Shown: positions 40,191 through 57,779 of the stretch, one piece after another | Layout: every line of letters starts with the position of its first letter | Position numbering within the stretch: the stretch's first letter is position 1 | From: the human T2T-CHM13v2.0 reference genome, Homo sapiens | Assembly (NCBI RefSeq): GCF_009914755.1 | Contig: NC_060928.1 | Reading direction: 5' to 3' (one strand) | DNA length: 64,000 nt | Position numbers and translations under genes: made by a program | Notes under the pieces: model-generated | The model's database searches: none | Seen by the model: only the letters and a program-made list of their open reading frames with translations | Told to the model about the DNA's origin: nothing

Positions 40191-41741
40191 TGACTTGGGC
40201 ATATCTAAGGTACTAGCTGAGAGCAAGAGAATGTAGGAGAAAGTACTCTGAATGCAATGAACTACTACTTCCCAAAGGTATGCTGCTCTTGACAGAATGA
40301 CAGAAAAACTAGACCCCCATATACCAAAACTTTCTGGCTTTCAATTGGCAGTCCCTTGACCACAGCGTGTTTGAACAAGAAATATCAACATAAGACCCTG
40401 TTACATGTTGGAAGGAAGCAACTGTAATTAATAGCCTAAGATGCTAAGCTTTTGTTCCAAGATATGAGAGAGTTTGCTTTTTGATTGTCGAATAGCTCTA
40501 ATACATTCGTCTCAAAGCACCTGCATTCTCATGCTACAGTATGATGTATTCTATATCACTGATACTCTATACTGAAATAGTGAAAGACTCTTTGCATTTA
40601 AAGCTTAACCCACACGTGGACACTACAATATCAGATGTGTGTGCACAAGCTCTGAGATGCCAAGCAAGGAAGTGGAAGTAAAATTGCAGTGTGATCATGC
40701 AGCGTCTGTTAATGGCAGCCGAGGGTGAATCAAAGATGTGTCCTCTTCCTTGGCAACATTATTGAAAATAAAACTGTTTCCTGCCCCATCACAAGCTCAC
40801 TCTGTATCTTGCTTTGTTTCCTTCATAGTGCTTATCCCTACCTGTTAATTGCTGCATTTGAATGCAAACTCTGGGAGGGTAGGGAACTATTTACCCCTGT
40901 CCCTAGGTTCCTTAAAATGGTACTTGCCTATCACTCTGGATGTAGTTGTTAGGCAGTCTAATTAATACGATATTACTGCTAAGAGCAAAATCCTTTGTCA
41001 TTGCTTAGGAAAAGGACTTTTGTGCCTCAGATTACTTGGGATTCCCAGAAAATAGAGCCTACAACAAGACTTGGGTATATTGAACAGCAAGATTGAAGGG
41101 ATAAAAAGTGAGGCAGAAAGAGATGATTTCAGTGTCTCGCAGCTTTACCAGAAAACCCACAGCTGCTTGCTTTATCACACAGGCAAAAGGAAAACACTGA
41201 AAACATTTTATACAGGAGAGTGTATTCACAACTTACCATTGTAGTGGTGGACTGCTGAATCTCAAACTTGCAAGTATGTAAGGCTATTAGACTCACAGAA
41301 GGTTACTTCTGGTGAACTGAAACTTGTTAAAATTGAGTAGCTACTTTATTTCCAGTAGTCACCTGGGCTTGATTTTTAACTAAATTAGCTGGTTTATTGC
41401 TAGTATCTATTCCCTCATAACTCTAAAAGTGACACTTAACTGAAGGGATTAGAAACTTAAATAGCATCTTAAATCCAGCCGAGCAGTGTTCTCCAACTAG
41501 AAATTAGAAATCACAAGTGGCCATCTACCATCTTCTGCTGTGCTTTGTTTTGTGTGTGTGCTTCAACTCTGCTTTCTCTGAGCTGCAGAAAGAGGGAAAG
41601 CAGAAAGGGGTGCTACTAAAGGCATGTTGCCTTTCCTCATGTAGAGGAAAGCTTGGGCTCCTCGTGTGGGCTCCTCATGTGATCACAGCTTGGGCTCCAT
41701 GAAGTCTTTGCTGAGATGGAGTTTGGTGTCTAAGGAATGGC

Positions 41742-44936
<3,195 letters not shown>

Positions 44937-45791
44937 TAGTTTTTAGGATGGGATTGAAATCTCTAGTGACTTTAGACCTTAGTTTTCTAAGCCTCCTTAC
45001 ATTGACTGAGCATGATGGCTTATCCTTCAGTTGCCCAAGAAGGAAGAGGTCTCAGGCTAAGAATAGCAGAGAACAGCAGGCAGTGTGTCCAAACACAACT
45101 GGGCTCTGAGGACATACAGGAGTCCTGCCTTTTAGCCCCTTGTCTCAGTGTGTCAATTTGCATCCAAAGTTGGGAACTGTCACAAGATTCCTAGCATACA
45201 GGCTATAATTGAGTGGAGGGGGCCTGGCCCACGAACTATGGTAGTCACCTAGATGTTCCCAGGTAAGTGGCTGGTGAGTTTTTTGTAATGGTACAGGTTA
45301 TGAAATGGTGTATTTTTCTGTGGCATAGCTATATATTCTATATTTTCCTTTTAAACTGGTCACCTTTTATATTGTGGGTCAGGCTAGATGTAAGGGTTAA
45401 AGAGCTGTGGCCTTGGTAAAGGTTGCCTGTCACTTGATACTTTGTCTTTTGGGGAACCATGGGGAACTAAGAGGTCATCTCTGCATTCGAATCAGGGACT
45501 TGCCCAACAGAGGTGTGCCTCCCAAGCATTAGAACCTGAAATTCTCCCAATTGGTAAAAAGAGGAGAATTCCATGTGAAGTCTGTAGACCCCCAGTGACT
45601 CATTTGATCTGATGGGTCAAAGTAGGTTAGATCATTTGAGCTTATCTTCCTGTGAGGGGGAAGCCTTTGGAGTCCAGGATGAGGTGTCTGAGCCCGAGGA
45701 CATGGCTAGTAACTGACCCTGAATTCCATGCCTTGTGAGATGTGGGTCCTCCTTTGCTTCCCTCCCCTGGTATCTGGCAGTGCAGTGGGTG

Positions 45792-46460
45792 TGTAGGGAG
45801 TAAGACAAATCCCCAAAATGAACTGCAGAGGCAGATGCTCTGGGACCTAATGCAGTGTTGGCCAGGAGAGGGCAGCACCGAATCACAGGTGGAGCTCTGT
45901 GTCCTGAGAAACCTTGGTGAGGTTGGAGCCTCAGCCAGGCAGCCTCCAGAGGGTGTCCTGTGGAGAAGGAACTGGCAGGGAGTGGGGCTTTGGTGGGCCC
46001 AGTACTCCCAAATAGGAGACTGGAGGGCCTCGGAAACAAGCTCTGTCTTCTGCTGCTGTTCTCCGCCCTTCTTGCTCTTTAAGGCAGCTCTTAGAAACTG
46101 GAAGCCCTCCTCCCCAAGCCAGCCCTAAAGCTAGGAACATTACTCTCCCCTTCCCTTTCTGTGTAACAGCTGACCGTAAAGAAATTCTGACTTGCCTTGA
46201 TAAACAGGTCATCAAATGCTCACTCCAGAGGGGTCCTGCTCCCTACCCAGAAAGAAGGAATGCTGTAGAGACCAAGGGAAATAAAACAGACAGGCCTTGC
46301 TGGGTTTCCCCACTCAGTCGGGGCATTAGGTCATGCCCTTGTCCAATCACAGTTAGACACAGCTGTCCATGCTTCATTAAATCTAAGCAGAAAAATGGTA
46401 ATAGCAAGTTCTCCCTTTGGGCCTTCACTCTGGCTCCCGTGTCACATACAATTGATAAGA
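45792..46460 (+). mobile_element. MER34/MER39-like LTR, copy 2
   Basis: Almost identical to 32700-33370. Confidence 0.7.
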
Positions 46461-46539
46461 ACCTTTTTTGTTTAAAACAGCTGTGTGGGGCATATAGCCC
46501 TGGATGGAGGTGTGGGTGGGATATGTGGGTATGGGAAGA

Positions 46540-48560
46540 TAATGGGTTAAGCTCAAAGAATGGTCTCAAAGCAGATGACTCCAAGTAGAAGGTGCTTAGA
46601 GGACCTCAGTGGGGAACAGATGCTGAAGTGCTGGAGCAGAACAAAGTGCCAGAGTCAGCTGCTTCCTGTGTCAACGGCAAACACCCGAGTGGCTGAGGGC
46701 CACAGTAGTCCGGGTGTCATGTCTTTCAGAATGTACCCGTGCAGGAGCAGCATGGTACATTCCCAGAAGCAACGTGTCCATTGTTTTTTCTCTTGGGTGT
46801 AGAAAACATTACATTTGAAGGAGTAAGTTCATGTCCTAGTGTCTGTTACATTTCCACCATGTGTGTATTTTACTGCACACAAGTTTTACTTGTGTGTATT
46901 TTACTGCACACAAGTTTTCCTAGACCTCTGAGGCTCATTTAGTGTTTCCCTTAATGTGAGGAGTATTGGTGATACAGCACAGTAAACAATGTGAGTGTGG
47001 GACATGGGCCTTGTGGGACACAGCAGAGCACATGGCAGTTCATCAATCTCCCCTGCACTTGTGTGCAGCTGAATTTGCTGGTGAGCCCAGAATCATCTCA
47101 GTTTATTTTCCATCTGTGTAGTGTCTCTTGGGCAGAATTTTTTCTCCTTCAACTCCTATTCTAGAATCGGGTGCATGTGCAGCTTTGTTGCAAAGGTATA
47201 TTGCATGATTGGAGTAGGACTAAACCCATCACCCAGGTAGTGGGCATAGTGCCTAACAGGTACTTTTTCATCCCTTACACCCTCCCTCTCTTCCCTCTAG
47301 TAGTCCCCAGTGTGTATTGTTGCTGTCTTCAGATACTGTGTATTTCATGTTTAGCTCCCACTTAAAAGTGAGAACACATGACATTTGGTTTGCTGCTTAT
47401 TTGGTTAGGATAATGGTCTCCAGCTGTATCCATGTTGCTGCAAAGGACATGATTTTCTTTAATGGCTGTGTAGTAGTCCATGGTGTATATGTACCACATC
47501 TTGATTCAGTCCACTTTTGGGTACCTAGGTTGATTCCATATTTTTGCTATTATGAATTGTACTGTGATGAACATAGGGTGCAAGTGTCCTTTTGTTAGAA
47601 TAACTTATTTTCCTTTAGTATATATCCAGTAACGGGCTTGCTATTTCCAATGATAGTTCAACTCCTAGTTATGTTAGAAGTCTCCAAACTGTTGTCCAGT
47701 GGCTGAACTAGTTAACATTCCCACCAACAATGTATCAGTGTCCCCTTTCCTCTGCAGCTTTGCTAATGTGTTTTTACTTAACAAAAGCTATTCCAACTAG
47801 TGCAAGACAGTATCTCATTTTGGTTTTGACCTGCATTTCTGATCAGTGACTTCCCGTTGAGCCACTTACGTCTTCTTGTGAAGTGTCCATTGATGCCCTT
47901 TGTCCAATATTTAATGGAGTTCTTGTTGATTTAAGTTCCTCAGACTATTGCATGCATCATTTCCCAAAACTTGATACCTTTCTGTAGGCTGTCTATTCTC
48001 TTGCTTGATAATTCTCTTGCTTTGCAGAAGCTACTTGGTTTAATTAGGTCCCGCTTACCATTTTTTGTTGCAATTGCTTTTAAGGACTTAGCCATAAATT
48101 CTTGCCAAGACCAGTATAAAAAGATTTTCCCTAGGTTTTTCCCAGACTGGGCAGAATTTTTGCCAATTATATCTAATGTGCAGATGGTGACTTCACATAG
48201 CAAAGAATTTCTCTAAGGAACTTGGGTTCATGATAAACCTGGTTGACTTTTGGCTCTTAAGAAAGAGTGCTTTAAGAAACAACACAACTGTAGTATTGTA
48301 TACAGGTCAAAGTAGTTCTTAGAGATCAGTATGATATGACTTCCTTGAGTTTATGGGCAATGTTACCAAATGAGGAACTTATATACAAACAACTTCAAGT
48401 TAACAAAGCCCAGGCTTCCACCTAGGTTTAACACTGAGATCTGACTTGGACCAGTGTGTGTTTAAATACACTAAGTATGAAACCCATCTACATCTTTTCA
48501 GGTCTCATGGAAGATGCAGTAGGACTGGCTTTTTTTTTTTCCAATCACTTCTCTCTAAAC
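46540..48560 (+). pseudogene. EBLN lineage b, copy 3 (split by L1)
   Basis: Across the L1 TSD the frame reads SLGQNFCQLYLM ~ [13 protein letters not shown]. Also SNVQMVTSHSKEFL ~ SYAQMTTYTTIKEYL; FLEIS ~ FLEVS; FKYTKYE ~ FYWSKKE. Confidence 0.65.
47143..48147 (-). mobile_element. Older 5'-truncated L1 (L1PA13-16/L1PB-like) 3' end
   Basis: L1 3' UTR and ORF2 C-terminal sequence. 14-bp TSD tgggcagaattttt at 47129-47142 and 48148-48161. Confidence 0.88.
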
Positions 48561-51500
48561 ACTATTGATGGGGGAAGACAAATATCTGGTATATTATTGC
48601 CCACAACCGATGGAGCTCTGAGTATGGGTCCTCCCTGGCATACTTAAATGTGGAAAGCCCGTTCTTGGACCCTAGGCCATTGAGCCCATAGTGGGCAGTG
48701 CTTTCCATGAATTCCAGGAGGTACAACCAATTTTGTTGGATGTACATGTGTTGGGTAATTCAGACACATGGGAAATGCTCTTGGTGAGGAACCATCCACT
48801 AGGCAAGAAACCATAGTTGAGGTAAAATCACTGGAATCTAGTGTCATAATGCATGGAATTGTTGGATGTAACTATAGAAACTGCCAAAGTCCAGACACCA
48901 TGACAGATCATAGAATTGCCAGCACAGAGCAGAATGTGTTACTTGCAAATGTTCAGAGAGTTGAGGAGGACTTGGCTAATATGATGAGCAGGCATTCCAG
49001 GCACAGAGAAGAATTGCATGCCTTGCGACCCTTTTGACTAGTGTTGCAGGTTGGATTGTCAGAAAAGAGGTTGATATGGAGTTTGACATGAAATACGGCA
49101 TTTAGAGATCAAATCTTTTCTAAGGAATGGGAAAGGAAGCATGATTGGGTGGCAGGAGCACTTAACTGCACTGCAGGCCCAGCAATGCCCTGGCAAGTGT
49201 CAACATGCATGTGGCCCATCAGTTGTTCCACGGTGGCCTGAGATCACTGGCCTTCAGACATCTACTATGGTCAGTAATTGGATGAGGGCTGTTAAGGGAA
49301 GAGCATGCCCTTGGAGCTGAAACAAACCCTGTAGAAGGTGATAGCTGGAAGCCGCTGGCAGTGCTTCTGGCAGCTGGGGCAATGAGTCCTTGTTGAAGGG
49401 GGATCTAGTTGCTGTATTCTCATGCCCTCTAAATCCAGTGATCTGGTGATGTCAACCCTTTCAAGTCGTTGGCCTGAATTCACATATGTGTATATTCATC
49501 ATGGCTTTCTTGCTCGGGCCCTACCTTTCCTAATAAGTCTCAGATGGAATCAGCTCTTTAGGTACGAGATGACCGATTTGACACAGAAGCCATGAGGTTA
49601 CTGTTTTCTGTTATGAGACCACTACATGATCAGTTTCCATTCTCTAGACCAAAGGAAGTTCCTGTTTGTAGGATCTAAATTTTCAGAACCATTTTATGGC
49701 CCATGTAGCAGGGGTGGTCTCGTATGCCTCCTACATGTCACTTCAAGAGTTTGCAAAATTGACCCAGTAGTTGGTCATTTCCATGCTCCACATGGTTTGG
49801 ACCACTAGGAAGACTTTCTTTGCCTTGGTCATAGGTAGGTTCAGGTTCTAGGACCTGTTGTAATAAAGCCACACTCCATCTTTTCCCTCAGTATTTTGCC
49901 TCTTTGAAAACCTATCCAGGGAAGCACAGCCCAGCCAGAATGTGTCCAGTGCCAATGTCCTCAGCTCTGACCCTGAGCCTTCAGCAGAAAATAGGAGGAA
50001 AAACCTAAAAGGGCACCTACTGCCTGGAACAGGCACTCGAATAAGCATCGAGGCCAGATGGGCAATGTGAGCTACGTAGGTACCAGAATGATCCAGGGGG
50101 ATCTTGTCTATGACAAATACTATTCCTAGTAGTACTAACTAGCCTGTCAAACAATGAAAATCATTCTTCAGTTTGTCACTGCAATGCACTGGAGTTTTGG
50201 GAAACTGCATGTTAAGGCAATGTTGAAACAACTCTTGGTCCATACCCCGACTCATGTCCAACCCCTCTGTCCCAAACAGGACCTCTCTTGCACTCTGATC
50301 TTCTCAGAGATGAATACTTCCATGCCCTCAATAGCAGAGGTCCCTAATTCTGAGCTCTTCCTCACTTCCTGGTCTTGCTGCCTGTAGTAAGCCCCTTCCC
50401 TTTGAGGTTGGATGTAATGACCAGCTTCTCATATTCTTTACCTTTGTCTTAGAAGTTGTTTTAAGAGAAACCGGCTGCAATGTTACAAACTGCCCCTTGG
50501 AGCAGCCTTGTATGGCAAAAGGGAGAAGCCTTCAGTTTCACAGGCTGAGGAGCTGAAGCTCACCAACAAGAAGTGAGCTTGGAAGTGGACATTGAAGGTG
50601 TGACATGAGTCTCCTTGGGAACAGATCTCTTCTTGCTTAGTTGAGCCTTAAAGAATACATCCCAGCCCTCAGGTTGACTTGGAGTCATGAGACTTCCAAA
50701 CAGCGTCATCTAGCTAAGCTTTGCCAGCAATCCTTATCTGTAAACTGGGATGTGAATGTCTATCTTATGTTGGCATTTTTATGGTAAGTTGTTCGGCCGA
50801 TAAATAGCTTAATTAAAAAGCCAGACATCTGATAATCCATGTAAATGTGAGTTGTAAAACAGAAGTCATACAGTGCTGGTAGGCTTAGTCTAGTCTTCAG
50901 GCAAGTTTAGTTTGACCCATGCAGCATTTTTATTGCATTAATTCCTTTTCTTCCTACCGTGGTTAGCTTGATAACATGAAGGCTTTATGGTTCCTCTGTA
51001 AATGAAACTAAAGTGGTATCCTGGATCTCTTTCCACTATCTTCTACTTTTACCTTACTCTCCTTTCAGCCTATTAACAGGATGAGAGAGAAGGTACCTGG
51101 GTCAAAATACAATGGGGACCTGAATTGGTTAAGAACCATTGACATGGTCTTCTGAAAATCGGAGGTAGGGGAAGGGAGTGGGAATAGTACTGGAGATCCT
51201 ACCAGGCTCAGACCACAATGAAGAGTTAACAGGGATAGGCATGCCACGGCCTTGTGAGGATCCACCTTCTAAGATGGCCCCTCTTAGAATCACCCTAGAG
51301 ACCATCCGGAGACCTGGATTCCCTCTCAGTATAGGGAATGACCTACTTGTAGCCTGGGGTCAGTGCTGTCACATAGAAGTCACGTGATCCACATATTTTA
51401 ACCAGGCTAGTAGCCATGTTTTGCTAACTAAGAACCAGGTGAGATCACCCTTAAAGCTCTTGGGCTGGGTTAAATGTATGTTCAAGTCTCAACTATTCCC

Positions 51501-53199
51501 ACTTGTGAGTTGTAGCTCTGATCCTTATAATCTTCTGGTCCAGATAGTAATTCCCCTCCTACTGGTAAGGGATCTGCTCTGTAGGTTTGCTGGACATTGG
51601 AGGATTAACTATCCATGCTGTCCTCAAGCCTTCCAGTTCTTAGGGAAACTGGTAAATGGTCAAGGCAAAATGAACTAAGTGCAGGAGTTGATGTGGCTTA
51701 ACTTTTTTGGCTCTTATAAGGTACAGTTGTTTCTAGGATGGAGAATGGACAGTTGCGGATTCTTACACCACCTGGTGGGGGGAACAAGTCTCTCCAGGGT
51801 GTTCCAGAGGTGGGGCAGCAGCTGGTGTCAGAATAGGGACCCCAGCCAGAACTGGGGCAGCCGTCATGGACATGGGGGCACTCAATCCCCAGAGTAAGGA
51901 GGGCAAGTTTGACTGTCCACCTCTCTGAGGGGAAGACTTAAGCTGGGCAGCCTGTGGAGGATGAGGGTTGATGCTTGCCATGATGAAGTGCCCGTCTACC
52001 TCAGGCAGGGTGTATGCAGATCATATCCAGGGAGGTCTTTTTCTTGAAGGATGTAGACTTCCTCAGAACTGGTTTTGGCATTGAATGTAGGTCAGGAGTC
52101 CCAGTCTAGAGCTCAAAGCCCATGACTGTGTCCTAGAGTGTAACTGATCCATGTGCCTCCTTCCCTCCCTCTGTGGCAGGTGTGAGCTACAGATATGAGG
52201 TGACTGCATTGGGAACCTCCTGGAAGCCGAAGTTTTTACCCTGAATCCCATTTGACTGTGACATTCTACTTTGGCTTTGGCTGCTCTAGAGCTCATGACA
52301 ACAGCAGGGTTTTTTGCTCCTTCTGTTAAAGGCAGCTGGACCTTGTAGCATCATGTCAGGATGGCGTAGTCCCAGGGCAGCAGGAGGAGGAAGTGCTTCA
52401 AGTCCTAGCCCCTGAGTGTTCCCTAGTGCTCTCTGCCAGTGAGGCTTAGGACTGTCTGAATGTCTTCTCTGGGGCCTAGACCCAACTGTGAGGGAGACAA
52501 GAGTCTACCTGGATGAAGGACAGAACTGGATGTGGACTGTGTGTCTGTGTGTGTGTTTGGAGGTGGGGGGTTCCTCGATACCCTTTGTTTATTCAGTCCG
52601 GATCTCAGATTTTGGATCCCTGTGGTATACTCCAGTCTTCACTACCATCTTATTTGGGGAGATGGGGAGAACTCTGTGTATTGGAAAACTCACAGGCGAG
52701 GAAAGACGACCGGCCTTGTTCCATTTGACCTCTCACAGACATTCTGTACTTCCTGAGGCATCCTTTGCCTAATGCCTACCAGGCTCCTGGGCTTTGCCTA
52801 ACTTCCTCTGTCTACCCCTGTTTCTATACTCCTTGCATTGCTGTTGGCCAGCTTGGGCACTTAGACCATTCAGGTATTTCCTTACCCCACCTTGCCCAAA
52901 GAAGGCTGTCCTTACCCCTTAGATGGCAGCTTCACATGCTGCCTCAACCTAAGTGCCCCTACTTCATGCCTTGCTTCTCACCCTGTGTGCCAATCACTTT
53001 CTATCACAACTTGCAACCATATTGATCCTAGCACATACTAGGTAGCATTGTTCAATCCTTGCCATCCTTGAAGTTGAAACATGAGGGAGCATACTTATTT
53101 TCTCACAATTCTTATGTGTTGAGCTCAAGTTTATATGGTTCATGGCTACTGTGTTTTTCATAAAGTTCCCATGCTGGCCTTCTAAGTATTTTATTGACA

Positions 53200-54190
53200 G
53201 GAAGTTTATGAACACAGAATGAGAACTCACTCTACGTTTTTCTTCACCAGCTTTCCTGGAACTCTTAATTTGTACATATCCCTTATATCTTTGAATGTAC
53301 ATCCTGTTGATGAATTACTGAAAAAAGGCTCAGGCATGCATTTTCCTAGCAAACCCCCTTTTTTTTTAGGAAACTCTCTGGTTCAAGACTCTATGGTTAT
53401 GCTTAACTTACCACGTTAAGACCAAATGAAAACATTTTTTAGTATATCATAGATATTTTCTCTCACTACACACAGAACTACCTGTGATAGTTTGGATTCT
53501 CTCAAGGCAGAGCCTGAGCCTAGAGGTTGATTAAGTTTCTCATGGTGGAATCTTTGTGGTTGGTGTTAGTGTGCGATACAAAATGATAAGTCCTGTCACT
53601 CATTTGTCTACATGAATATCTAGCCTGTTGGCTATAGCTCACATGTTTGTACAAAAATACTTGGTATAACTGGAGGTTTTCCCTTCTTGCATTAGCACTG
53701 TCACATGAGTACAGCCCACTGGGTCAGTGACTTCTATAGGAGTCAATCTTGGTTGCACCTGCCCAGATTAAAACCTTTAGTTAATCAGGTGCTCTATTTA
53801 AACAAACTCGCTCACATGTCTTTGAAGTTAAGGACTTGTTTGGGCATCTTCCTGAAGTCCAAAAGACTTACACTGCCAGCTTTGCAATCCTATCATATAC
53901 ACACAAATAGGTTACAGCTTGGGTAAGCAATTATCCAAATAAGGTAACATAATACAAATGATGTGTTTGGAGTTTATAGAAATCTTGGAGTTTCTTTATG
54001 TAAGAATAGTATTGCTATTATAAACTAATGCTATAGGAAGTAACAAATCTTCTATACTGGTCACACCAGTTTAAAACCACAGATGTGAATATTTGGACTT
54101 AGACTGTAAATGAGTTCCAGTTCCACTTCTAGTTAACTGCCCTGTTGCTTTCAGGGGGTTGGTTTCTTTGAACCTGTGTTTTGATCTGTC
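53200..54190 (+). pseudogene. EBLN lineage a, copy 3 (uninterrupted)
   Basis: Paralog carrying the empty sites for the Alu and ERV. SFPGTLNLY and LG*AIIQIR. Confidence 0.5.
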
Positions 54191-55759
54191 AGGCATCCAA
54201 TCTCATCTTCAAGATAGGAGCAAGAGGATGGTAGGACAAAGCACTTGGAATATGATCAAGTGTATCTTCTTTGCAAAAGTCCATATGCTTTTGAAGGAAG
54301 AATGCCAGAGAAGCTTTACTTTCGTGGATCAAAACGTGCTGGCTTCCCTCAACTCATGGGTTAGTCTCTTGGCCCTGTATATGTAGAAAACAATCTCAAA
54401 GTGAGACAGGGCCTCATTACATACTGGAAAGATGCTACTATGATAGCCTAGGAACCTAACTTTTTGTCTCAGGATCTGGGAGAATTTGCTCTTTGACTGT
54501 TTAATGGCTCTAAAACATTAGCGTCCAGTCACACACACTGATGTGTATTCTACGTAACTGCCATTCTGTACTGAAACTAGTGGTATGAGACTTTTTTAAT
54601 ATGAAGTATAACCCACACATGCAGACTACAATGTCAGATGTGTGCACAAAAGCTTGAGTGTTCTAACTAAAACAAGGTGAAATGGAAGTAAATGTGAGAG
54701 TTGATTGTGTAATGACCTTAGTTATTGGCAGATGAGAGTGCATCAAAGATGTGCCAGTGTATTCACTGGCAATGTTATTGAAAACAGTACTGCTTCCTTC
54801 ATCACAAACCCACTCCATATCCTGCTTTGTTTCCTTCACAGTACTACTCCCTACCTGACTGTCTCAGCATATGAATGCAAACTGCAGAAGGGTAGAAACT
54901 TGCTATTTACTGCAGTAGCCTCTGGCCCTAGGATACTTGCCTAACACTGCATGGATATAATTGTCAGCCAGTCAATTGCATGGAATTTTGCTGAAAGTAC
55001 AACTTTTGTCATTGCTTAGGAGAAGAACTTTGGTGCTTTTGATATTACTTACTTGGGATTCTTAGAAAGTAGATCCTGAGAAAACTTGGGCGTATTAGTT
55101 TATTGTGGGGAGAAGTATCCAACCCCAGAACAGCAAGACTGAGGGGATAAAAAGCAGAAGCAGCAAGAAAGTTAGGTGACTTCAGCCACTCATTGCTGTA
55201 CTAGAAAACACGCAGCTGCTAGCCTTATACAAAACAAAAACATAATATTTTGTGAAAGGGGGTGTGTTTAGAACTTCCTGTTGTATTTATGGACTGCTGA
55301 ACTTTATACTTGTATACTTTCACATATATTAAAGCTGCTTGTTTCATCAGGTCAAAGAAACACTACTTAAAAACAATTGGAGGAGAACATGGCAGTGTGG
55401 ACTGCTGAATGTCTTTGCAGTTGAACTTTCAGGTACATGCTAAGGTCACTAGATTCGTAGGAACTTATTTCTGATACTAAACGTCAATAATGACTTTCAG
55501 GTAATCTTGATTTTGTAATTATGTTATATTGCTAGTGTCTATGCTATCTTTTTACTCTAAAAGTGACACACTTAAGGGATTAGAAGTTTCAATAGCATCT
55601 AAATTCCAGCCCAGCAATGTTTTTCTAACTAGAAATCACAAGTGTCAACCTACTGTCTCTCTGCTTTATTCTGCTTTTATGCCTCAACTCTGCTCATCCT
55701 GAGTCACAAAGAGGGAACTCAGAAGCACTGCTACCAAACTGGGTGTGTTCTTTGATCAG

Positions 55760-56480
55760 ATGGGGGCGCTCTCACAGCTTAGGCTCCATGAAGTCCTTGC
55801 TGAGATGGAGTTTGTCTAAGGAATGGCTGCCTGTGAAGGGAGGGGAAGAAGGCAGGATTAGGCAGAGATGAGGTCAACTGTGACATAGTCCCAAGAGAGC
55901 CTTCACTACCCTGATAGAGTTCCAGAGCTAGTATTGCGCCTCACTATCCTACATGGAGCCATGATGGTCAGGCCTCTGCAGGCCACCTTGCTTACACATC
56001 AGATGCAGGCTGCCCTGGGAGGGGGGATCTCGGGCAAAGCAGCTCTCTGCAGCTGAGACTGAGTCTCAAACAGCTGTGGCCTGGGGGTTGCTTGAGTACT
56101 CCTACAGTGAGAAGCAAGCCCTTCCTTGGAGGACGGTGTGGGTGGAACGCCTGCATGGCTACCACAGTGGCTCTGCTTCCAGAGTATGATGGCTCCCTGT
56201 GGCCAATCTAAGGGATGGGGAAGCCACATAAACTACCTGCCAGCGTCCTTGTCCTTCTTTTCCTGTGTGCATCAAACCCCCTGCACTTCGAGGTGTTTGC
56301 TTGTCCCCTCCAAGCAGCTGCTGGAAAAGCCGGCTCTCATTCCTAACGGTGTTGGTGATCTGCCCGAGTCCCAGTGGTAAAGGAGGCATAGCCTCTGAGA
56401 TGAGATGATGGTGGGGGCCGGAGCTCTTCATTAGGCAAGCAGTCAAGAATGATAGGGACTTACTATTTCCTGCAACACCC
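55760..56480 (-). mobile_element. LTR16-like LTR plus ERVL internal remnant (partial paralogs ~24900-25100 and ~41680-41740)
   Basis: gggaggggaagaaggcaggattaggcagag...agctctctgcagctgag...catggctaccaca resembles LTR16. Confidence 0.55.
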
Positions 56481-57429
56481 TCTGGGCCTAGGCAGGGCTA
56501 GTAGAGCTGAGCTAATTTGAGAAGCATGGCGATTTTGTCTGTATTTCCAAAGCCTAACTTTTACTTGTAAAGCTTATAGGCCCAAGTCAAGGTAATATAA
56601 CTAAAATTATGGGTATTATTCTAGGCTACTTCTCTCCCCATAAAAACATTTAGCGTAGTCTAACAAACCTACTCATAATTTTACTTCTGGTTAACTATTA
56701 GAGGCATAGTTAATGATATTGGCTTAACATTAAAAAACAAGGTAACTTAATGCTTATATTCCATCTCTAAAAATGTCACTGATATTTTGATTGCAATAAA
56801 GTCTAATGACTTAATTAGAATAAGCAGTAAGAAAAGTAAGGCAGTCTCAGAGCAGGGATCTCTGAGGACCAGTGCTACCCCTTGAAGTTACAAATTACAT
56901 AATGGGATTATCTGGAAGATTATTTTATTTCCAAATGATTATCTTGATATACTGTGAAACTCAAAGTTGGCTGCAGGAATTGATCCACATCTCCAGTTGG
57001 GTCACATTTCAATGAATGTTGTGATTGTTCACTAGTGAACAAATCTCAGGACAGAAAACGGAAAAATTATTTCTCCCCTAAAGAGGCCTTTTAACATACT
57101 ACTGTTTTTCAGAGACATTAATGGCATCTCCTCATTCTCTTCCAGCTGTTTAGGCATATTGTGTATTACTTTTTGATAACTCAATACAGCAATTAAATAG
57201 AGTCACTTATTCTGTTAACAGACTTCATGAGGATGATCAGAGCCCCAGAAGGAGGGAGGTATATTCTGCAGAGACTTAAGGAGAACTCTGCAGAAGTGGG
57301 AGTAGGTTACTCTAACTCAATGATTTTAAACACTGAGGGACTGGTGCAGGTGGAAGCTTTTACTCTCATAGACCTGAAAGTACAGTAAAAAGGCATAGGG
57401 TAAACAGCCAGGTGTAAAAGGGTTGTTGT

Positions 57430-57670
57430 GGGAGGGGATTCACCACAGGAGCCGTGGTCCTAAAAGGATGCAGATTTTAGAGCTGTGGGAATGGGAGACT
57501 GATCTCTCACTAACCCCCTTGTTCCCTCTTGTTGTCTAATCCCACTGGAAGCAGGACGGCAAAGGAATACATGTGATACAGTTTGTAGAAGACTGGCATG
57601 ACCAGGCACAGAGCAGCAGGGCAAAGGAGCATGGAAAAAGTTCATGCAGGAAGCAAGTATAGAAAAACAG
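57430..57670. mobile_element. LTR33-like remnant (paralog ~25280-25520)
   Basis: Degenerate match to the ancient ERVL LTR33 pattern (ggcacagagcag...). Confidence 0.4.
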
Positions 57671-57779
57671 TCGGAGTGTTTCATGTTGGAGAGACGGAAT
57701 CAGTAGTGATTGACCAAGAGGGTTCTAAAGGAATGCTTAGGGTATACAGGCATGGATGGAGGCAGTTTTGATTAGGAGC

